From Candidatus Marinacidobacterales bacterium (GTDB taxonomy: Bacteria > Acidobacteriota > Vicinamibacteria > Marinacidobacterales > DATDRI01): a stretch of 64,000 nt of DNA. Below, one piece after another: positions 18,980 to 29,476 of the stretch (position 1 is the stretch's first letter; each line of letters opens with the position of its first letter). The notes under the pieces are model-generated. The model was not told the origin of the DNA and did no database searches. It saw nothing but the letters and a program-made list of their open reading frames with translations. The DNA lies in NCBI GenBank assembly GCA_965219415.1, contig CBDCNP010000002.1, positions 3,584,001 through 3,648,000 on the forward strand. The letters run 5' to 3'. The position numbers and the translations under genes are program-made.

Positions 18980-19513
18980 ATGACGAATAGCCCAGAGGCG
19001 ATGCTGCGGGAGAGCTTCGGGCGGCGAGAGTTTCTCCGCCGTGGAGGAGGAAGCCTCATGCTGGCGCTCGGGGGGGTGCTTCCCGGATGCGGCCGAACTA
19101 GAGGTGGTCGAGATGGTGGGGGCAACTTTTCCAGCTCCGAACGCCTTACCCTCCGTGCGATCTGCCAGCGCCTGCTGCCGGGCGGCGGGCGGGCCCCGGC
19201 CGCCTCCGAGGTCGACGTCGCCGGAAAGATCGAGAACCTCGTGTCCGGGTTAGGGCCTCGTGCAGCTACCGACTTCAGGCGTCTGCTGTCACTCTTCGAG
19301 TGGAGCCCCGTTCTCTTCGACGCAAGGCCCGCCCGATTCTCTACGCTCTCGCCTGATGCCCAGACCGAAGTCCTCCGCGGATGGGTCACAAGCCGGTTGG
19401 GATTTCGCCGAACCGGCTTCATCGCCATCAAACGGGTGGCCATGAGCGTCTATTACGCGCAGGAAGCGAGCTGGCCAGCCATCGAGTTCCCAGGGCCCTG
19501 GTTGCAGTCATGA
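18980..19513 (+). CDS. Gluconate-2-dehydrogenase subunit 3-like small subunit with a Tat-type signal
   Basis: GRREFL twin-arginine motif, L.LFEW.P, YYAQEASWPAIEFPGP. Confidence 0.75.
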   Translation: MTNSPEAMLRESFGRREFLRRGGGSLMLALGGVLPGCGRTRGGRDGGGNFSSSERLTLRAICQRLLPGGGRAPAASEVDVAGKIENLVSGLGPRAATDFRRLLSLFEWSPVLFDARPARFSTLSPDAQTEVLRGWVTSRLGFRRTGFIAIKRVAMSVYYAQEASWPAIEFPGPWLQS

Positions 19514-21060
19514 GCATCCATCCGAACGTCGTTGACACTTCCGAGGTCCGGGGCCTTCTCCGCGTCGAGGCGGAGGTCGTAGTCGTGGGATCCGGCGCCG
19601 GGGGTGCGGTCTCCGCCAAGGAGCTCGCCGAGGGTGGCATCGCGGTCGCTCTTGTCGAAGAGGGCGCGTATCACCGGGCCGAAGACTTCAACCAGTGCGA
19701 GGCGGACATGTACCGCCGCCTGTATCGCGACCAAGGCACCCAATCGACCCGAGATCTCTCCATCAACATCCTGCAAGGCCGATCGGTCGGCGGAAGCACG
19801 GTCATCAATAACTGTATTTGCTTTCGGACTCCGGACCGAGTGCTGGCCACATGGCGAGACGAGTTCGGTCTGACCGATTTGAGCCCCGACTCGCTCCGTC
19901 TTTACTTCGAGCGAGTCGAACAGACTCTGGGTGTGGTTCCCATCGTCTCCGCCGAAATCAACGCCAATAATCGTGTGCTACTGGACGGGTGCGAACGGCT
20001 CGGATACCACGCCACGACGTTTGCTCACAACCGGAGAGAGTGCGTCGGCTGCGGCTACTGCATGCTCGGTTGTCCGTACGACCGGCATTCCAGCGTAGAC
20101 ATGAACTACGTACCTGAAGCCCTAGACGCCGGTTGCCGGCTATACACACGCTGCCGGGTGGAGGAGATCCTCATCGAAGGGGGGAAGTTGGTTGGCGTCG
20201 CGGGCTCGGTGCTCGATCCGATCTCGGGTCGGAGCCGGGCTCGCATCGAAGTCCGCGCGCCGTTGGTCGTCATGGCTGCGGGCGCCATTCACACGCCTGC
20301 CCTTCTCCTAGCCAATCGGGCCGGCAACCGCTCGGGCCAAGTCGGACGAAACCTCGCACTGCATCCCCTCGTCGCATCCTTCGCGAAGTTCGATCGCGTG
20401 ATCGACGGTTTCGTCGGCATCCCGCAATCCGTCTACTGTGATACGTTCGAACAATTGGAGGACGGCTCGGATGGTTTTATCATCGAAGGTATCTTCGCCA
20501 TGCCCGCTCTGTTCGCGAGCATCTGTCCTTCGTTCGGCCAAGAGCATTTCGACATCATGAACGACTACCGCCATCTCGCCGGCATGTACGCCATGATCAA
20601 AGACCGGGGCCGGGGCACGGTCGCAGTCGGCGACCAAGGACGACCCATCATCGACTACGATTTAGGCGAGCGGGAAAAAGACGTGATCCGCCGTGGGATC
20701 AAGGAAACGGCTCGGATCTTTTTTGCCGCCGGCGCCAATTCCGTCACGACCTTGCGCTCCGTCCCCCTAACGCTTCGCCGACCGGACGAGATCGAAAGCA
20801 TCGACGACCTGCCCTTGCACCCCAACGAGATGGCCCTCTTCTCCGCTCACCCACAGGGTTCTTGCCGCATGCATGCCGACGCCGAGCAAGGCCCGACCGG
20901 CACCTACGGCGAATCGCATGACGTCCCCAATCTCTTCGTGGCCGACGCCAGCGCCTTTCCGACCTCGGTAGGTATCAATCCGCAGATCACGATCATGGCC
21001 CTGGCTACCAGGCAGGCGAACGAGATCCGGCGAAGGCTGGGTCGAACACCCTTGGTGTGA
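19510..21060 (+). CDS. GMC-family oxidoreductase (long-chain alcohol oxidase-like)
   Basis: VVVGSGAGG, GRSVGGSTVIN, CVGCGYCMLGC, SAHPQGSCRM, FPTSVGINPQITIMALA; ATGA overlap with upstream gene. Confidence 0.9.
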   Translation: MSIHPNVVDTSEVRGLLRVEAEVVVVGSGAGGAVSAKELAEGGIAVALVEEGAYHRAEDFNQCEADMYRRLYRDQGTQSTRDLSINILQGRSVGGSTVINNCICFRTPDRVLATWRDEFGLTDLSPDSLRLYFERVEQTLGVVPIVSAEINANNRVLLDGCERLGYHATTFAHNRRECVGCGYCMLGCPYDRHSSVDMNYVPEALDAGCRLYTRCRVEEILIEGGKLVGVAGSVLDPISGRSRARIEVRAPLVVMAAGAIHTPALLLANRAGNRSGQVGRNLALHPLVASFAKFDRVIDGFVGIPQSVYCDTFEQLEDGSDGFIIEGIFAMPALFASICPSFGQEHFDIMNDYRHLAGMYAMIKDRGRGTVAVGDQGRPIIDYDLGEREKDVIRRGIKETARIFFAAGANSVTTLRSVPLTLRRPDEIESIDDLPLHPNEMALFSAHPQGSCRMHADAEQGPTGTYGESHDVPNLFVADASAFPTSVGINPQITIMALATRQANEIRRRLGRTPLV

Positions 21061-22274
21061 GCGCGATCCCACTCTACGTCTTGGGAGGCGTCAACATCGG
21101 GATCGGTGTCTACTCGTTGTTCTCCACTCTCGGTTACTACCGCTACGCGAAGCGAGCGCGGCGACTGAAATCGGAAGACGCCTACTGTCCGCCGGTGGCC
21201 CTGCTCGTCCCTTGTTGCGGAGTCGAGGAAGGCCTGGAAGACAACCTCCGCGCTTTGGTCCGTCAAGACTACGAGGCACTTAAAGTGATCTTCATCGTCG
21301 AGGACGGCTCCGATCCGGCGGTGCCTATCATCGAGCGTGTGCTCGGATCCGAGAGTCGATCGGGGGAGCTCGTGGTGGCGGGTCCGGCGGAACGGCGCGG
21401 TCAGAAGGTTCACAACCTCGTGGCGGGTTTGGAACGGGTTGGCGACGCGGAGGTCTTCGCTTTCGCCGACTCGGACGGGCGGCCCGACGATGGTTGGCTG
21501 GCCCACTTGGTCTCGCCGCTTCGGGAACCGAGGGTAGGGGTTTCCTCGAGCTATCGTTTTTACCTCCCGGAACCGGGGTGTCTAGCTTCGGTGTTGCGCT
21601 CCGCGTGGAATGCAGGTGTGCTGACACTCCTCGGCGAGCATGATCGTAACTTCGCCTGGGGGGGATCGATGGCTATCCGGAGGCGGATTTTCGAAGAGGC
21701 CAAGGTGGAGGTGGCTTGGCGAGGGGCCCTTTCCGATGATTACGCCTTGACCCACGCCGTTCGACGGGCCGGCTACTATGTGAAGTTCGTGCCGCGCGCT
21801 ATCGTGGCCTCCCACGGCCGCGTGAAGTTGAGACAGCTTCTCCGCTGGTGTGCGCGCCAGATGGCCATTACCCGAGTGTACTGGCCGAACCTGTGGCGCA
21901 TTGGTGGGGGGAGCCAGGTGGCCTTCGTGGCCTTCCTAATCACCGGAAGCATGGCCGCCTCCTCCGGGCATGTCGAGGTTGCCGTCCTGTTAAGTGTGGT
22001 GCTCCTGCTCAGCTGGTTGAGCGGAGGCATTCGTGCCCGCGCGGTCCGGCTCCTCCTACCAGAATGGAGTCCCGAGCTCCGCCGATACGACTGGGCCTAT
22101 GTGCTCTTGGCACCGGCAGCAAGTTTCATCACCGTGTACGGTTTCCTGAGCTCGGCCTTGTCGAGACGCATCGAATGGCGTGGGAAAACATATGAGATGC
22201 TGTCGCCTAGCGACACGCTCCTTCTAGGCCCGGTCAAGCCCAGGCCGGAAGCGAAGGCGCGAGAGATAAGATAG
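21057..22274 (+). CDS. GT2/GT21 glycosyltransferase (ceramide glucosyltransferase/HpnI-like)
   Basis: QKVHNL, FADSD, AWGGSMAIRR, LSDDYAL, W..RQ; N- and C-terminal TM helices. Confidence 0.85.
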   Translation: MSAIPLYVLGGVNIGIGVYSLFSTLGYYRYAKRARRLKSEDAYCPPVALLVPCCGVEEGLEDNLRALVRQDYEALKVIFIVEDGSDPAVPIIERVLGSESRSGELVVAGPAERRGQKVHNLVAGLERVGDAEVFAFADSDGRPDDGWLAHLVSPLREPRVGVSSSYRFYLPEPGCLASVLRSAWNAGVLTLLGEHDRNFAWGGSMAIRRRIFEEAKVEVAWRGALSDDYALTHAVRRAGYYVKFVPRAIVASHGRVKLRQLLRWCARQMAITRVYWPNLWRIGGGSQVAFVAFLITGSMAASSGHVEVAVLLSVVLLLSWLSGGIRARAVRLLLPEWSPELRRYDWAYVLLAPAASFITVYGFLSSALSRRIEWRGKTYEMLSPSDTLLLGPVKPRPEAKAREIR

Positions 22275-22311
22275 GATCTCCCACGGTGCGGCCCCACGCG
22301 CACTAAAACAC

Positions 22312-22405
22312 TGATTGAAGAGCGTCCGCCTCCGTCAGTGTCATGCTAATGGACTTCGGCGGACCCGCCCGTAGCCCGAAGGGCGTAGGCGGGAGCGAGC
22401 ACTAA
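22312..22405. repeat. 94-bp REP-like element, inverted copy of 32498-32591
   Basis: Contains CCGCCCGTAGCCCGAAGGGCGTAGGCGG; about 3 mismatches to the other copy. Confidence 0.85.
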
Positions 22406-22533
22406 CGGGCCGCAGGCCCGCCGGCCGGGGAGCCTTCAGTTGCCGCGGAGCCGCGAAGTCGGCGTAGCGGCTAGCGCCCGAACGAGGAGTGAGGGCACGA
22501 CTAATTGCTGCCGGAAACAGTTGGGAGAAAAAG

Positions 22534-23370
22534 TTGAGCCAACCAATCTTAAGAATAGGGCACAGCCCGGATCCCGATGACGCCTTCATGTTCTGTGCTC
22601 TGGCACGCCGCGCCGTACGTATTCGCGACTACGCCATCGAGCACGTCATGGAAGATATTGAAAGCTTGAACCAGATGGCGCTCAACGGAGAACTGGAAGT
22701 GACCGCCATCTCGGCACACGCTTACCCATCCCTAGCAGACCGCTACTGGGTGCTCTCGACCGGCGCAAGCATGGGCGAGGGCTACGGGCCAGTTCTGGTT
22801 GCCAAGAACTCAGTTTCTCCACAAGAGCTCACCGGAAAACGAGTGGCGATCCCCGGAGAGAAAACCACCGCCGCGCTTCTTACAAGGATCTATCTGGGCG
22901 AGTTCATTCCTGTCGTTCGACCCTTCGACAAGATCTTCGAGACCATCGAGTCTGGAGAGGCGGCGGCGGGTGTTTTGATCCATGAGGGGCAACTTACCTA
23001 CTCCGAAAAGGGCTACCGAAAGGTACAGGACTATGGAGAGAAGTGGAACGAAGAGACCGGGCTCCCGCTTCCGTTAGGCCTGGACATGGTCCGCGCCGAC
23101 TTGGGAAAAGAACTGGCGAAAGAAATCAACCATGCCCTGCGCGCGAGCATCGAGTGGGCGTATGACAACGAGGAAGAAGCTCTCGATTACGCCCTTCAGT
23201 TCGGGCGCGGTTTGGAGCGAGAAATGGGACGGCGATTCATCAAGATGTACGTGAGCGATCTCACTCGAGATATGGGCGAACGGGGCCGTCAAGCCCTCGC
23301 GACGCTATTTCAACGGGGGGTAGAAGCGGGGGCGATCACCGAGCCCCCACAGTTGACGATGATTTCCTAA
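22534..23370 (+). CDS. mqnD: 1,4-dihydroxy-6-naphthoate synthase (futalosine pathway)
   Basis: GHSPDPDDAFMF, DIE.LN, GASMGEGYGP, LIHEGQLTY, LPLPLG; TTG start after GGGAG. Confidence 0.88.
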   Translation: MSQPILRIGHSPDPDDAFMFCALARRAVRIRDYAIEHVMEDIESLNQMALNGELEVTAISAHAYPSLADRYWVLSTGASMGEGYGPVLVAKNSVSPQELTGKRVAIPGEKTTAALLTRIYLGEFIPVVRPFDKIFETIESGEAAAGVLIHEGQLTYSEKGYRKVQDYGEKWNEETGLPLPLGLDMVRADLGKELAKEINHALRASIEWAYDNEEEALDYALQFGRGLEREMGRRFIKMYVSDLTRDMGERGRQALATLFQRGVEAGAITEPPQLTMIS

Positions 23371-23394
23371 TTCGCCAACGAGTTTTTCGACGAG

Positions 23395-24171
23395 TCAACC
23401 GCTGAGCGGCCGGTTGAGTTGGTAGATGATTCGCAACCCCTCCAGGGTGAGTCGCGGATTCACAATGTCGATTTCTTTCACCCACTCTGAGACGACTTCC
23501 GCCATCCCGCCGGTGGCGATAACTTTAGGCTTGCCGCCAAGTTCCTCCTTGAGTCGACTCACCAGCTCTCTTATCAGTCCCACGTAGCCGAACACCAACC
23601 CCGACTGCATCGCGGCAACCGTGTCGCGTCCTATCACGCTCCCGGGGGGAACCAATTCGACTTTTGGGAGCCTCGCCGTCCTTCGCACCAACGCTTCGGC
23701 CGAGATTCCCAGCCCCGGAGCGATAGCACCTCCCAAATACTCTCCCTTATCTGAAACGACATCGAAGGTCGTCGCGGTGCCGATATCGAGGACGATGGCT
23801 GGCCCACCATAGAGTTTTTGCACGGCGGCCGTATTCGCGACACGGTCCCCACCCGCCTCCGCCGGGTTATCGATGCGGATCTCGACCCCGGTCTCGACTC
23901 CTGGCCCGACAACCAACGCCCGCTGCCCCAGATAGCGTTCAGCCAAATCCTGAAAAATCGACGTTAAGGGCGGGACGACGCTGCTCATGACGGCACCGCT
24001 TACGTCTTCGAAGTCCAACTCGGCGCTCGCTAAAAGAGACTTGAGTAGCACGGCGTACTCGTCGGTGAGGTAATCGAGGTGGGTGGTGACTCGCCAATCG
24101 GCTTCCCAATGACTCTCACGATAGACACCGATACCGGTTTTGGTGTTGCCGATGTCGAAGACCACAAGCAT
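23395..24171 (-). CDS. coaX: Type III pantothenate kinase
   Basis: DIGNT, SSVVP, GGDR, DIGTATTFD, GGAIAPG, ATGG, LTLEGL. Confidence 0.95.
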   Translation of the reverse strand: MLVVFDIGNTKTGIGVYRESHWEADWRVTTHLDYLTDEYAVLLKSLLASAELDFEDVSGAVMSSVVPPLTSIFQDLAERYLGQRALVVGPGVETGVEIRIDNPAEAGGDRVANTAAVQKLYGGPAIVLDIGTATTFDVVSDKGEYLGGAIAPGLGISAEALVRRTARLPKVELVPPGSVIGRDTVAAMQSGLVFGYVGLIRELVSRLKEELGGKPKVIATGGMAEVVSEWVKEIDIVNPRLTLEGLRIIYQLNRPLSG

Positions 24172-24326
24172 GGCGCCTTCTCCTGGGGAGGTATTTGGAA
24201 GGGCATTCTAACCCGGGCCGGCTGCGAGCACCAGCGGATCTTGAATGGTTGTCTCGGCATTGACTCGACGAATTCGCGAAGATAACCTGACGCGCGAAAT
24301 TCTTGCGAGCTTGCGGAGGAACAGCG

Positions 24327-25722
24327 GTGACAGAAACCGATCGCTACACGGAGCAGGAAAAGGGCCTCGAGCGCAACCTGACCGCCTGGCAGCTCGCGAT
24401 GATTGCCATCGGCGGGGCGATCGGAGTGGGCCTCTTCTTGGGAAGCGGCGCAACCATCGGGTTGGCCGGCCCCGGCGTCATATTGTCTTACCTGATCGCC
24501 GCCGTTCTCGCCGCGACCATGGGATTGGCACTCGCTGAGATGGCAAGTGTCTATCCGGTTGCCGGCTCCTTCGGCGTCTATGCAGACCGGTACTTGCACC
24601 CGTGGGCGGGTTTCGCGCTTAGATTGAGCTACTGGTTCGCTCAGACTCTCGCCATCGGTGCGTTGGTAACCGCCGGGGGCATCTACTTCGGCTACTGGTT
24701 TCCCTCCGTCCCGACTTGGATTTGGATCCTCTCCGCCTCGCTGCTCCTGATCTCCGTCAATGCCGCGAGCGTCAAGTTGTTTGGCTCTATCGAATCTATC
24801 TTCTCGCTCATCAAGGTTGGGGCTATTGTTGCCTTCATCTTGCTCGGGGGCGCGCTCATTTTCGGTCTCGGACATCCTGGGCTGGGGTTCTCTAACCTCA
24901 CGAGTCACGGCGGGTTCCTACCCTCACGGCTGGTCCGGCGTCTGGCTGGCCTTGACTCTAGTTACCACGAGCTATATCGGAGTCGAAGTGGTCGCTGTGA
25001 CAGCGGGCGAGGCGAAGCGTCCCGAGGCATCAGTACCCAAGGCGCTTCTCGGCATGGTCATCGGGCTGGTCCTCTTGTATGGGGCCGCGATCTTGGTCGT
25101 GGTGACTGTTACTCCTTGGTTGGTCATTTCGGAAACCGGTGGAACTTTGAGCGGCAGCCCGTTCGTGAAAGTGTTTCACGAGATAGGGATTCCGTACGCG
25201 GGCGGGATCATGAACTTCGTCGTTCTCTCCGCGGCCCTTACGAGCGCCAACACCAACATCTATTTATGCACTCGTATGCTGTTCTCTCTCTCGCGTGCGG
25301 GTTTTGTACCTAAGACGGTCGGCGAGCTCGATCATCGAGGAGTGCCACTCAAAGCGCTCCTCGTCTCGGCCACTGGAATGGCACTCGCCGTGATCCTTGC
25401 GCTGCGTGGTCAGGCCGCATTCCTACCCCTGTTCGGAACCGCAGTGGCCACCATGTTTTCCATCTGGATCGTTATTTTCGTCTGCCACATTCGCTTCCGC
25501 CGCGAGCTGGATCCGGAGACGCTGGCCGGTTTGCACCTCAAAATGCCGGCCCACCCGTTTCCCTCTGTCCTCGCCATCTTGTTTCTCGTCGCGCTTCTCG
25601 CTACGACTCCGTTTGTTGCCGGACTCGAGTGGACGGTCCCTTTCTTCCTCGTCTGGCTCGGCATTCTGGCCGCGCTCTATCGCGGGATGCGCAGTCGAGT
25701 CTCCTCGGCCATTGTGAAATAG
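24327..25722 (+). pseudogene. APC-family amino acid permease with a +1 frameshift near 24924 (pseudogene or sequencing error)
   Basis: MIAIGGAIGVGLFLGSG in one frame; SYIGVEVVAVTAGEA..P in another; removing one T in CCCTCAC restores GGFLPHGWSG. Confidence 0.85.
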
Positions 25723-25725
25723 GCC

Positions 25726-26703
25726 ATGGAATACATCTCTCTCGGCCGAACTGGACTCAAGGTCTCACGACTCGGCCTAGGCGGCGGTAGCTTCGGGGGC
25801 CTCGGTTCGGATCCTAGGTTTTTCGGAAAAGGGCAAAGCGAAACCGAAGCGTTCGCGCTCATGGATCGTGCCTACGAAATGGGGATCAACTTCTTCGACA
25901 CCGCCGACGCCTACGGCGGCGGTCGCAGTGAGTCGATCATCGGGAGTTGGCTCAAGACGAAGTCCTCAGACGTAAGACAGCAGATTCTGGTGGGCTCCAA
26001 GGTCTTCAATCCCGTCGGAGACGGACCTAACGAGCGCGGCCTCTCTCGTCTGCATATCTTGCGTCAAGTGGACGCCAGCCTGGCGCGCCTCGGCGTCGAC
26101 CGATTGGACTTGTACCTGGCGCACGAGGCGGACCCAGAAACTCCCTTGGAAGAAACGTTGAGCGCCTTCGATGACATCATTCGTCAAGGAAAGGTCCATT
26201 ACATAGGTGCGAGCAACTGGGAGGCGTGGCGCCTTACGCGGGCCCTTTGGGTCAGTGACAAGCTCGGCCTGGCTAGCTTCTCTTGGGTCCAAAACCCTTA
26301 CAATCTGCTCGAACAAGAACTAGAGTACGAGATGCTACCGCTGTGCGAAGACCAGGGACTGGGCTTCACCCCCTATAGCTCCCTCGCCGGTGGCTGGCTC
26401 ACCGGAAAGTATGAAGCGGGGAAGGTCTACCCCGCCGGCTCGCGAATGACTATGCGTCCCGAACCTTATCAACACTTGATACAAGAGAAGACCTTTCGAA
26501 GTGTCGATGCCTTTCGCGAGGCAGCAAGGTCTCGCGGCATCGACATGGCCACTCTGGCCTTCGCATGGGTTCTGAGCCACCCACAAACGACCGCGGTCAT
26601 TGTCGGACCTCGGAGGCCGGAACACTTCGAGCTTGCCGAGAAGGCACTCGAAGTTCCGCTTTCTGCGAGCGAGCGCGCCGAACTAGCAGCACTATTCAGG
26701 TAG
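25726..26703 (+). CDS. Aldo/keto reductase
   Basis: LGRTGLKVSRLGLG, GINFFDTADAYGGG.SE, SL.RLGVDRLDLY, YSSLAGGWLTGKY. Confidence 0.93.
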   Translation: MEYISLGRTGLKVSRLGLGGGSFGGLGSDPRFFGKGQSETEAFALMDRAYEMGINFFDTADAYGGGRSESIIGSWLKTKSSDVRQQILVGSKVFNPVGDGPNERGLSRLHILRQVDASLARLGVDRLDLYLAHEADPETPLEETLSAFDDIIRQGKVHYIGASNWEAWRLTRALWVSDKLGLASFSWVQNPYNLLEQELEYEMLPLCEDQGLGFTPYSSLAGGWLTGKYEAGKVYPAGSRMTMRPEPYQHLIQEKTFRSVDAFREAARSRGIDMATLAFAWVLSHPQTTAVIVGPRRPEHFELAEKALEVPLSASERAELAALFR

Positions 26704-26713
26704 GTGAACGACT

Positions 26714-27700
26714 ATGGATGTCATCGCGTTGAACCACGCCGAAGTCGAGAGGTTGTTGCCTATGGGAGAGTGCATCGAAGCGATGGAAAGCGCCTTGGCC
26801 GCGCTCGCCCGAGGTGAGGTCTACAACCCTCTCCGTTCGATCGTCCGCGCTCCGGACGCCAAGGGCCTGATGGGTTTGATGCCCGCCTACCGGGGCGGCG
26901 ACGAGGCCGCGTACGGGCTCAAAGCAGTGTGCGTCTACCCGGGAAACGCCGAGCGTGGGCTCGACCTGCATCAAGGTGCGGTTTTGCTGTTCAGCGCCGA
27001 GACGGGGGAGCTCCAGGCGGTCCTCAACGCTTCTGCGGTGACCGCGATCCGCACCGCCGCGGTGTCCGCGGTGGCGACAAAGTTATTGGCTCGCGAGGAT
27101 GCACGTGAGCTCGCATTGATAGGGGCAGGCGTTCAAGCCAGGTCTCACCTCGAAGCCATGGCCGAGGTGCGAAACTTCCAAAGAGTAAGGGTTGCTAGTC
27201 GCCGACCGGAAAGAGCACGCGAGTTCGCCGACTCGGTGCGGGGTAGTTTCCCCTTCACCATCGAGCCGGCGTCCAGCAACGAACAAGCGGTTCGGGATGC
27301 GGATGTGGTCACAACCGTGACGAGTGCACGGGAGCCGGTCATCGAGAGAGCCTGGATATCACCGGGTACACATATCAACGCTGTCGGGTCGAGCACGCCG
27401 GAGTCCCGCGAGCTGGATACGGCGACGGTCGCCGACTCCGCTCTGTTCGTGGACCGCCGGGAGTCCACCATCAATGAAGCAAAGGAATTCCGCTTAGCGG
27501 AAACAGAAGAAGCGATCGGGCCCGATCACATCAAGGCAGAGCTTGGTGAGCTTCTGATCGGTGAGAAGTCCGGCCGCTCGACACCGGAGGAGATCACACT
27601 CTTTCGGTCTCTCGGGTTGGCCATTGAAGACTTGGCCGCAGCACAACACGCTTATCGTCGCGCGGTAGAAACCGGAGCGGGCACGCGGATACCGTTCTAA
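26714..27700 (+). CDS. Ornithine cyclodeaminase/mu-crystallin family protein
   Basis: TAIRTAAVSAVAT, IGAGVQA, GTHINAVGS, TLFRSLGLAIEDLAAA. Confidence 0.92.
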   Translation: MDVIALNHAEVERLLPMGECIEAMESALAALARGEVYNPLRSIVRAPDAKGLMGLMPAYRGGDEAAYGLKAVCVYPGNAERGLDLHQGAVLLFSAETGELQAVLNASAVTAIRTAAVSAVATKLLAREDARELALIGAGVQARSHLEAMAEVRNFQRVRVASRRPERAREFADSVRGSFPFTIEPASSNEQAVRDADVVTTVTSAREPVIERAWISPGTHINAVGSSTPESRELDTATVADSALFVDRRESTINEAKEFRLAETEEAIGPDHIKAELGELLIGEKSGRSTPEEITLFRSLGLAIEDLAAAQHAYRRAVETGAGTRIPF

Positions 27701-27716
27701 CGAGTCTCGCCCGCAT

Positions 27717-28664
27717 ATGATTCCAATCGAAGAGATTCGCCGGGCCTGCGACGTCATCTCCAAGGATTCCATACGCACTCCGCTCGTTCGGTTGAACGTC
27801 GCGGATTCTCCCGCCGAGATCTTTTTGAAGCTTGAAAATCTTCAGCCCATCGGCTCGTTCAAGATCCGCGGCGCTTCTAACGCTGTGCGTCAAGCCTCAA
27901 CGGACGAAGTTTCCCGTGGCGTGATTACTGCCAGCGCCGGCAATATGGCCCAAGGGGTGGCATGGGTGGCCCGTGCACTCGGGGTCTCTTGCACGGTCAT
28001 CGTTCCTGAGAACGCCCCGGAGACGAAGCTTGCCGCCATCGAGCGCCTCGACGGGCAGTACATCAAGGTTCCTTTCGATCGATGGTGGAAAACCATACAA
28101 GAGTCTTCTTTTCCAGGAGTGGAAGGCCTCTTCGTGCACCCCGTTGAAGACGAGCGCGTGATGGCGGGTAACGGAACGATTGGACTCGAGTTACTCGACG
28201 ACTTGCCGGATCCGGATGTCATTCTGATCCCTTGGGGAGGGGGCGGTCTGGGCACCGGCATCGCGAGCGCATTGCGTTCCTTGGCACCGACGGTCAAGGT
28301 CTACGGCGTGGAACCGGAGACCGCTTCACCGCTCAACGCTTCGTTCGCCAAGGGCTCGATCGAAACGGTCGACTTTACGCCTTCCTTCGTCGATGGCGCC
28401 GGCGGGAAGACGCTGCTTCCCAAAATGTGGCCCTTGGCCCAAGAGCTTCTCGAAGGATCGCTCACTGCATCGCTCGGTGAAACAGCCTCGGCCATCCGGG
28501 TGTTGGCGGAGCGGAATCGGGTGATCGCCGAAGGGGCGGGCGCTTTGGCGGTAGCGGCTGCGCTCTCCGGCCGTGCCGGCACCGGGAAGATCGTCTGCGT
28601 CGTCTCAGGCGGTAATATCGATTTTGCGGTTCTCGTCGGGATACTGCGCGGAGAGATACCTTAA
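27717..28664 (+). CDS. PLP-dependent serine/threonine dehydratase or serine racemase family
   Basis: LKLENLQPIGSFKIRGA, SAGNMAQG, GGGGL, VSGGNID. Confidence 0.9.
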   Translation: MIPIEEIRRACDVISKDSIRTPLVRLNVADSPAEIFLKLENLQPIGSFKIRGASNAVRQASTDEVSRGVITASAGNMAQGVAWVARALGVSCTVIVPENAPETKLAAIERLDGQYIKVPFDRWWKTIQESSFPGVEGLFVHPVEDERVMAGNGTIGLELLDDLPDPDVILIPWGGGGLGTGIASALRSLAPTVKVYGVEPETASPLNASFAKGSIETVDFTPSFVDGAGGKTLLPKMWPLAQELLEGSLTASLGETASAIRVLAERNRVIAEGAGALAVAAALSGRAGTGKIVCVVSGGNIDFAVLVGILRGEIP

Positions 28665-28795
28665 CAGGGTGCCGAAGAGCCAAGCGCGCGAAGGCAGCCC
28701 TGAGCTCATGCGGAGTCGCCAGTCGACGAAGCATGAGGCGTGGGGATGGGGCCCCGCGCCATTCATCGGTAACTGAGCGCGCATTGAGGTACTAG

Positions 28796-29011
28796 ATGGA
28801 AATCAAAAGTGTCGAGTCTTTCCTCGATTACTACGAGAAAGTCCGGGGACGAACGCTGCGAGTTATCAAAGCCATCCCCCCCGAAAAAATGGATTGGTCT
28901 TACCGCGAGGGCAAATTCACGTTGGCCGATCTAGTGCGTCACATCGCCTCCACCGAACGTTACATGTTCGCGGAGACCATCACGGAACAAGTCAGCGAGC
29001 CTCCGGAGTAA
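28796..29011 (+). pseudogene. DinB-family protein, C-terminally truncated
   Basis: R.RTLRVI..IP...DW...GKFTLADLVRHIA..ERYMF; only 71 aa. Confidence 0.65.
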
Positions 29012-29023
29012 CTGGCTGGTCGC

Positions 29024-29317
29024 CTAGGACTCTTCCTCTTCGCAGTCGACCTCGGCCCAGCCTTGCCGCACTTTCGTCCCTCCACAGTAGCTCTTGCCTT
29101 GGGCCATGGGATTGTTGAGGTAAGCCAGAATGCTTGAACACGTCTCGTTTTCCGAGGGCTGGACCTTGCAAACACCCGAGTACGCTGGGTTTGTGAAACA
29201 ACAGGTTTCCCTGGATTCCGGAGATGCGTCCTGCTCGGGTAGCGAGGTGGACCCGGTAGACGTGAAAGCCAGCATAGCCGCCAATCCCGCCGCTAGCGCG
29301 ATACGTTCGATGACCAT
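29024..29317 (-). CDS. Small secreted Cys-rich hypothetical protein
   Basis: GGAGG RBS, signal peptide, 6 Cys (CCFTNP.YSGVC...C..IL.YLNNP...GK.YC...R.GW..V.C). Confidence 0.7.
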   Translation of the reverse strand: MVIERIALAAGLAAMLAFTSTGSTSLPEQDASPESRETCCFTNPAYSGVCKVQPSENETCSSILAYLNNPMAQGKSYCGGTKVRQGWAEVDCEEEES

Positions 29318-29476
29318 CTTAGCCTCCCTGAAGGAATCCCTTAAAAAAGCATACTCCTCCGGGTTCTCCCTTTCCAGCTCTCTGCCGATTAGCGGCAGTT
29401 TGCCCCGACGCGACGTGGTCGCCTATGATGGCCAAGAGCACGTCCCAGAGGTCGGGGAGGTGCGAGGAGGTGCGGG

